Program-made: the position numbers and the translations under genes
In this document: positions 37,580 through 41,333 of the stretch, piece after piece
How positions within the stretch are numbered: position 1 is the stretch's first letter
Layout of the letters: every line of letters begins with the position of its first letter
Virus record (IMG/VR): IMGVR_UViG_3300003322_000573
Coordinates: 1 to 41,333 of that record
Direction: 5' to 3' (one strand)
Source of the DNA: a virus
Length of the DNA stretch: 41,333 nucleotides
Notes under the pieces: model-generated
What the model saw: only the letters and a program-made list of their open reading frames with translations
What the model was told of the DNA's origin: nothing
The model's database searches: none

Positions 37580-38292
37580 GTACCGTTTCTAAGCCGTACA
37601 CGTTCTCTCCTAACACTACCGCTTCCTCGTCTGAAGTGAATGCTAACTTCAATACGATATATAACGACTATAACGGGAATATCAATTCGTCTAACTTGGC
37701 AACTGGAGCGGTGAGTACTGCTAAAATTGCTGATGATGCAGTAACGAGTGACAAAATAGCAGACGCTGCGGTAACGTCTTCACAGATTAACTTCGGAGGC
37801 TCTGGAGCAGGGGTATGGTGGGAAGAGATTGGCAGAACAACACTAGCTAGCGCCGGAGACACTATTTCAGTTACTAGTTTACCTGCGAGGAAGTACTTGA
37901 AAATCCAAGTCTCAACTGGCTCTACAGGCGGGACTACGAACAACTTCATGCGCTTCAATAACGATAGCGGAAGCAACTACGCAGAACGCTATGTGGAAGA
38001 TGGCACGTCCTCGACTCTGGTGTCACAAACCGCGATTCTTCTAGCTGGCGCGACTATTACGGCCGACGCTTACATCGAAGCCTATATATTGAACGTCACC
38101 TCGAAAGAAAAGCAAGTCATATATCAGGGGTCGAGGTATGTAACCGGTGCAGCCAACGCCCCAAGCGGCAGTAAAGTTGCTTGGGGTAAATGGTCAAATA
38201 CAAGTGTTCAAATCAATCGTATTGATGTTGTCAATACAGGTACTGGTGACTTTGGTGCCGGGTCTCAAATAGTAGTACTTGGTCACGACTAA
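37576..38292 (+). CDS. Tail-fibre-like protein (238 aa, GTG start)
   Basis: N-terminus PYTFSPNTTASSSEVNANFNTIYNDYNGNINSSNLATGAVSTAKIADDAVTSDKIADAAVTSSQI is the typical conserved N-terminal pattern of short tail fibres. Confidence 0.55.
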   Translation: MSTVSKPYTFSPNTTASSSEVNANFNTIYNDYNGNINSSNLATGAVSTAKIADDAVTSDKIADAAVTSSQINFGGSGAGVWWEEIGRTTLASAGDTISVTSLPARKYLKIQVSTGSTGGTTNNFMRFNNDSGSNYAERYVEDGTSSTLVSQTAILLAGATITADAYIEAYILNVTSKEKQVIYQGSRYVTGAANAPSGSKVAWGKWSNTSVQINRIDVVNTGTGDFGAGSQIVVLGHD

Positions 38293-39626
38293 TGAAAACG
38301 CTTAATACAATAAAACGTAGCAAGGATGTCGTCCTTGATTTTAACCCTCATGCAGGGCAGGAAGAGATAGCCGATGCGCTATTGACCCACAGGTACGTCG
38401 TTGTGCGGGCAGGGAGGCGGTTTGGTAAATCATCCTTAGCCTTAAATCTCGTATTCAGGGAAGCGCTGAATAACCCTGGGAGGTACTGGATTGTCGCCCC
38501 GGAATACAAGCAGGCGAAGTCCATTTACTGGCGGGATTTGGTAGACGAATTCATTCCTAAGGAACTGATCGTAAAGAAGAACGACAATGAGCTCATTTTG
38601 GAAATAACTTCCCTTGTAGAAGGCAAGAACTCCATTATTGAGTTCAAGGGAAGTGATAACGAGAACTCCCTGCGTGGTGCCGGGCTTATGGGCGTGGTAC
38701 TGGACGAGTTTGCCTTTCAGAAGGAACACGTGTGGGAGAAAATCCTTGGCCCGACCCTCGTGCAGACGAATGGCTGGGCAATGTTTATTACGACCCCGAA
38801 CGGCGTAGCTAATCACTTCAAGAAATTCTGGGATACCGCGGTAGCGCTGGAAGCTGACGGGGATAGTGATTGGAAGACGTTCCATTTTACGAGTTACGAC
38901 AATCCCCTCATTCCGAAAGAGAACCTTGACAAGGAGCGTGAGAAGCTCGTTCCTGAGTTCTTTGAACAGGAATACATGGCGGAATTTGCCAAGTTCGTCG
39001 GGCTTATTTATACGGGCTTTGACGAAAACGTGCACGTGCAGAACTTTGACATTGACGAGAACTGGACGTTTTTCCGTTCGATTGACTTTGGGGCGGTTGA
39101 CCCGAACGCCGTTTCTTTCATAGGAGTGGACAGGAACGGGGTTATCCATATTTTTGACGAGCTTTACATAAATGACATTTACACCTCCGAATTGGCCGAG
39201 CTGATAAAGCAGAAGTCCGCCCACAGGTACTTCGTAGCGACGTATGCTGATTCTGCCGCGAAGCAGTCGATTATTGACCTTGGCACGTACGGTGTTTTCT
39301 GTACTCCGGTGAAGAAAAACCAGGCGGCGAAGGAAACGGGTAGCAGGAATTGGATAATCGCCGGTATAGACAGGGTACACCAGTTACTGCGGGATAGGAA
39401 AATCATCGTGCATCCGAGGTGCAAGGCGACCATTAAGGAATTCATGTCGTATTCGTGGCGGAAAGACCGGATGGGCGAAGCGGTAAACCTGCCAGAAGAC
39501 AAGAATAACCATATCATGGACGAAGTCCGTTACTTCGTGATGATGTACCAGGCCGGTCAGTACGCGGAAGAGGAGCAGTTCAACTACCTTGGAAAGGGAA
39601 TCGTCGACCCGATAGTCGGCTATTAA
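38292..39626 (+). CDS. terL: Terminase large subunit (444 aa)
   Basis: Walker A VVRAGRRFGKSS and Walker B GVVLDEFAF. C-terminal nuclease-type acidic residues (IDFGAVDPN, ATYADSA, HIMDEVRY). Confidence 0.9.
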   Translation: MKTLNTIKRSKDVVLDFNPHAGQEEIADALLTHRYVVVRAGRRFGKSSLALNLVFREALNNPGRYWIVAPEYKQAKSIYWRDLVDEFIPKELIVKKNDNELILEITSLVEGKNSIIEFKGSDNENSLRGAGLMGVVLDEFAFQKEHVWEKILGPTLVQTNGWAMFITTPNGVANHFKKFWDTAVALEADGDSDWKTFHFTSYDNPLIPKENLDKEREKLVPEFFEQEYMAEFAKFVGLIYTGFDENVHVQNFDIDENWTFFRSIDFGAVDPNAVSFIGVDRNGVIHIFDELYINDIYTSELAELIKQKSAHRYFVATYADSAAKQSIIDLGTYGVFCTPVKKNQAAKETGSRNWIIAGIDRVHQLLRDRKIIVHPRCKATIKEFMSYSWRKDRMGEAVNLPEDKNNHIMDEVRYFVMMYQAGQYAEEEQFNYLGKGIVDPIVGY

Positions 39627-39629
39627 TGG

Positions 39630-39663
39630 CGCTTATTGAGAAACGTCTGCCCTGTGTAATGCT
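39630..39663 (+). promoter_or_regulatory. Motif promoter P10: CGCTTATTGAGA followed by a TAATGCT -10 region
   Basis: -35 at 39636-41. The -10 register is ambiguous (TAATGC with a 15-nt spacer, or ATGCTA with 17). The portal ATG lies about 9 nt downstream with no SD. Confidence 0.45.
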
Positions 39664-39672
39664 AAAACCAAC

Positions 39673-41333
39673 ATGAACAAGGACAAAAAAGCCAAGTCGA
39701 CGCAGCAACTCGTTACTGACCGCTTTAACAGGGCGCGGGACTACCGCGTAACCTCACAAGACGAGATATGGAAGCGCTCGTATAACAACTGGCGCGGCAT
39801 TTTGGACACCTCACTGTACCCGTGGCGCTCCAAGCTGTTCATTCCATGGAGCTTTACCGTCGTGGAGACGATTATTCCCCGGGTATTTGCCCGTGACCCA
39901 AAGTGGCGGGCTATTTCCCAAAGCCCTGACTTTCCACCTGATGGGCCGAGGGTCGTAAACGATCTTCTTTCGTACCAGTGGAACCGCATGGGCATGCGCC
40001 TGAAGATGTATGACTACATTAAGGATTCCCTGATGTACTCCAAAGGCTACGCGAAAGTAACTTGGAAGCACCAGATAAAAAACAAGACGTTCATGGAGCC
40101 GGTTGTCGGTAAGAATGACGAGATAACCTTTGAGAAAAAAGTGAGGAGCGACGTAGAATATGACGACCCAATGGTTGAAATCGTTGATCCGGCTGATATT
40201 TATATTGACCCTGACGCTACTACTTCGGGCTGCTATGGTGATGGCCTTTACCTTATCCATCGCAAGACTGTTCCGCTCGAGACGCTGAAGCAAAATCCGA
40301 ACTACAAGAATGTCGACAAGATAAAGCAGGCCTCTTACGCCGACCAGTACATGGACAAGCAGATGAGGTACCGGGACGAAGTGCCCCCGAAAGACAAACA
40401 CAAAGATTTGGTGGAAATACTTGAGTACTGGGAAGAAGACCGCCTGATCGTGGTGGCTAACAGGAGCGTCGTTCTTCGTGATTCTCCCAACCCATACTCC
40501 CATAAGCAAATTCCGTTCGTTGAGCTGGATGATTACCGTGACCCGCACCGGTTATATGGACAAAGCGAACTATCCGTTATTGACCCGTTACAACGCGAGA
40601 TTAATTCCATACGGAACCAGCGGCGTGACTACGACAATCTCGCCCTTAACCCGGTAATCCGTATGGTTCCGGGCGTCCTAAGAAATCCGAACTCCGCCGT
40701 TATGGCACCTGGCAGCGTATGGATGGTTTCTGACCTGCAGTCGATGGATACGTTTGCGCTTCCACAACTGCAGGGAAGCGCTCGGGAAATTGAGCAGCAG
40801 ACCGCCCAAGACATTAAAATGACGACCGCGATTGACGAAATTGGCATTGGCCTGCTGCCTGACAACCCGCAGAGGCGTAGCGCGACCGAAGTAGTAACGT
40901 CGCAGCAATCTGCCGGGCGTCGTTTCGCCATGAAGATAGCCCTGCTGGAAGAAGCGGTGAAGAAAATTGGCAAACTCGTATTTGCCCTTAACCAGCAGTT
41001 CCTTGATAAGGAAAGGATGATCCAGATTGTCGGAGAGCGGGGGGCAACGGAATGGGTACAGCTTTCGCCAGAGGACATACGCGGTGAATACTACATTGAC
41101 ATTGAAGCGGGCTCTATGCTTCCCAAGGATGAGATTGCCCAGCGCAAAGAAGCTATGGAGCTTTTGCAGTACATCACGCCGATAATCACGCCGGTAGTGG
41201 GAACCAACCCGGAAATTATTATGCCGGTCGTGAGAATGGTGCTTGATACCTTTGAGCTTCCGGGTAAGCAGGATATTTACGATGAACTGCAGAAGGTATT
41301 AGGGCAGGGCCCAGGCCCAGGCTGCGCAGGCGC
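39673..41333 (+). CDS. Portal protein (first ~553 codons; the ORF runs off the window end and continues at nt 1)
   Basis: Open frame with no stop, which is why it is absent from the ORF track. Lies directly after terL. Starts MNKDKKAKSTQQLVTDRFNRARDYRVTSQDEIWKRSYNNWRGILDTSLYPWRSKLFIPWSF... The size fits a portal. Confidence 0.75.
   Translation, partial: MNKDKKAKSTQQLVTDRFNRARDYRVTSQDEIWKRSYNNWRGILDTSLYPWRSKLFIPWSFTVVETIIPRVFARDPKWRAISQSPDFPPDGPRVVNDLLSYQWNRMGMRLKMYDYIKDSLMYSKGYAKVTWKHQIKNKTFMEPVVGKNDEITFEKKVRSDVEYDDPMVEIVDPADIYIDPDATTSGCYGDGLYLIHRKTVPLETLKQNPNYKNVDKIKQASYADQYMDKQMRYRDEVPPKDKHKDLVEILEYWEEDRLIVVANRSVVLRDSPNPYSHKQIPFVELDDYRDPHRLYGQSELSVIDPLQREINSIRNQRRDYDNLALNPVIRMVPGVLRNPNSAVMAPGSVWMVSDLQSMDTFALPQLQGSAREIEQQTAQDIKMTTAIDEIGIGLLPDNPQRRSATEVVTSQQSAGRRFAMKIALLEEAVKKIGKLVFALNQQFLDKERMIQIVGERGATEWVQLSPEDIRGEYYIDIEAGSMLPKDEIAQRKEAMELLQYITPIITPVVGTNPEIIMPVVRMVLDTFELPGKQDIYDELQKVLGQGPGPGCAG
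41311..41333. repeat. Terminal direct repeat (copy of nt 1-23)
   Basis: Exact 23-nt identity with the window start. Confidence 0.9.

Noticed and set aside
38442-39380. A 312-aa ORF on the minus strand
   Set aside because: It lies entirely antisense to terL, whose + strand frame carries clear Walker A/B and nuclease motifs. It has no RBS and an Arg/Leu/Val-rich composition typical of shadow ORFs.
39811-41078. Minus-strand ORFs of 245 aa (39811-40548) and 149 aa (40629-41078)
   Set aside because: They are antisense to the long open portal frame, which the ORF track omitted only because it lacks a stop inside the window. No RBS, and odd composition.

Overview
The window is a complete phage genome of about 41.3 kb that closes on itself: the first 23 nt equal the last 23 nt, and the portal ORF runs across the junction. 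The phage appears temperate and podovirus-like. No tail tube, sheath or tape-measure gene is recognisable, and the structural genes follow a T7-like order without an RNA polymerase. Order around the circle: terS (36292); an AT-rich non-coding block; a zinc-ribbon ORF; a tail-fibre-like gene; terL (38292); portal (39673, wrapping to nt ~148); small ORFs; scaffold (831); major capsid protein (1634); a five-gene glycosyltransferase/methyltransferase island (3009-8173); adaptor-like and nozzle-like tail genes (9175, 9867); further virion proteins, including a 1331-aa internal-virion-type protein (14767); a Gram-positive-type lysis cassette (XhlA-like protein, CHAP+SH3b endolysin, two holin-like ORFs; 19442-21367); a 0.55-kb non-coding block; tyrosine integrase (22174); a truncated tRNA-Trp; a 1.4-kb non-coding block; a rightward early operon of about 35 small genes (24782-34464: Cas4/RecB-like nuclease, VRR-NUC, SSB-like protein, DNA methyltransferase); and a leftward five-gene operon (35882-34522). 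Most worth a second look: (1) two ORF-free, helix-dense loci flanking the integrase, at 21421-21964 and 23340-24727, which are candidate large structured RNAs. (2) An 18-nt element, ATGAGTAAGTCTACAGAA, sitting on seven start codons and carrying a start or stop codon in each of the three frames. (3) The 5' two-thirds of tRNA-Trp(CCA) with its own promoter beside int. (4) A 12-13 nt promoter-associated motif, CCGCTTATTGAGR-16 nt-TANNNT, whose geometry predicts leaderless mRNAs. (5) The glycosylation island inside the virion module. (6) A canonical -1 slippery heptamer that would fuse a membrane anchor to a cell-wall-type domain. All function calls rest on motifs read by eye and on recall of protein families. 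No searches were run. Coordinates of non-ORF features may be off by 1-2 nt.
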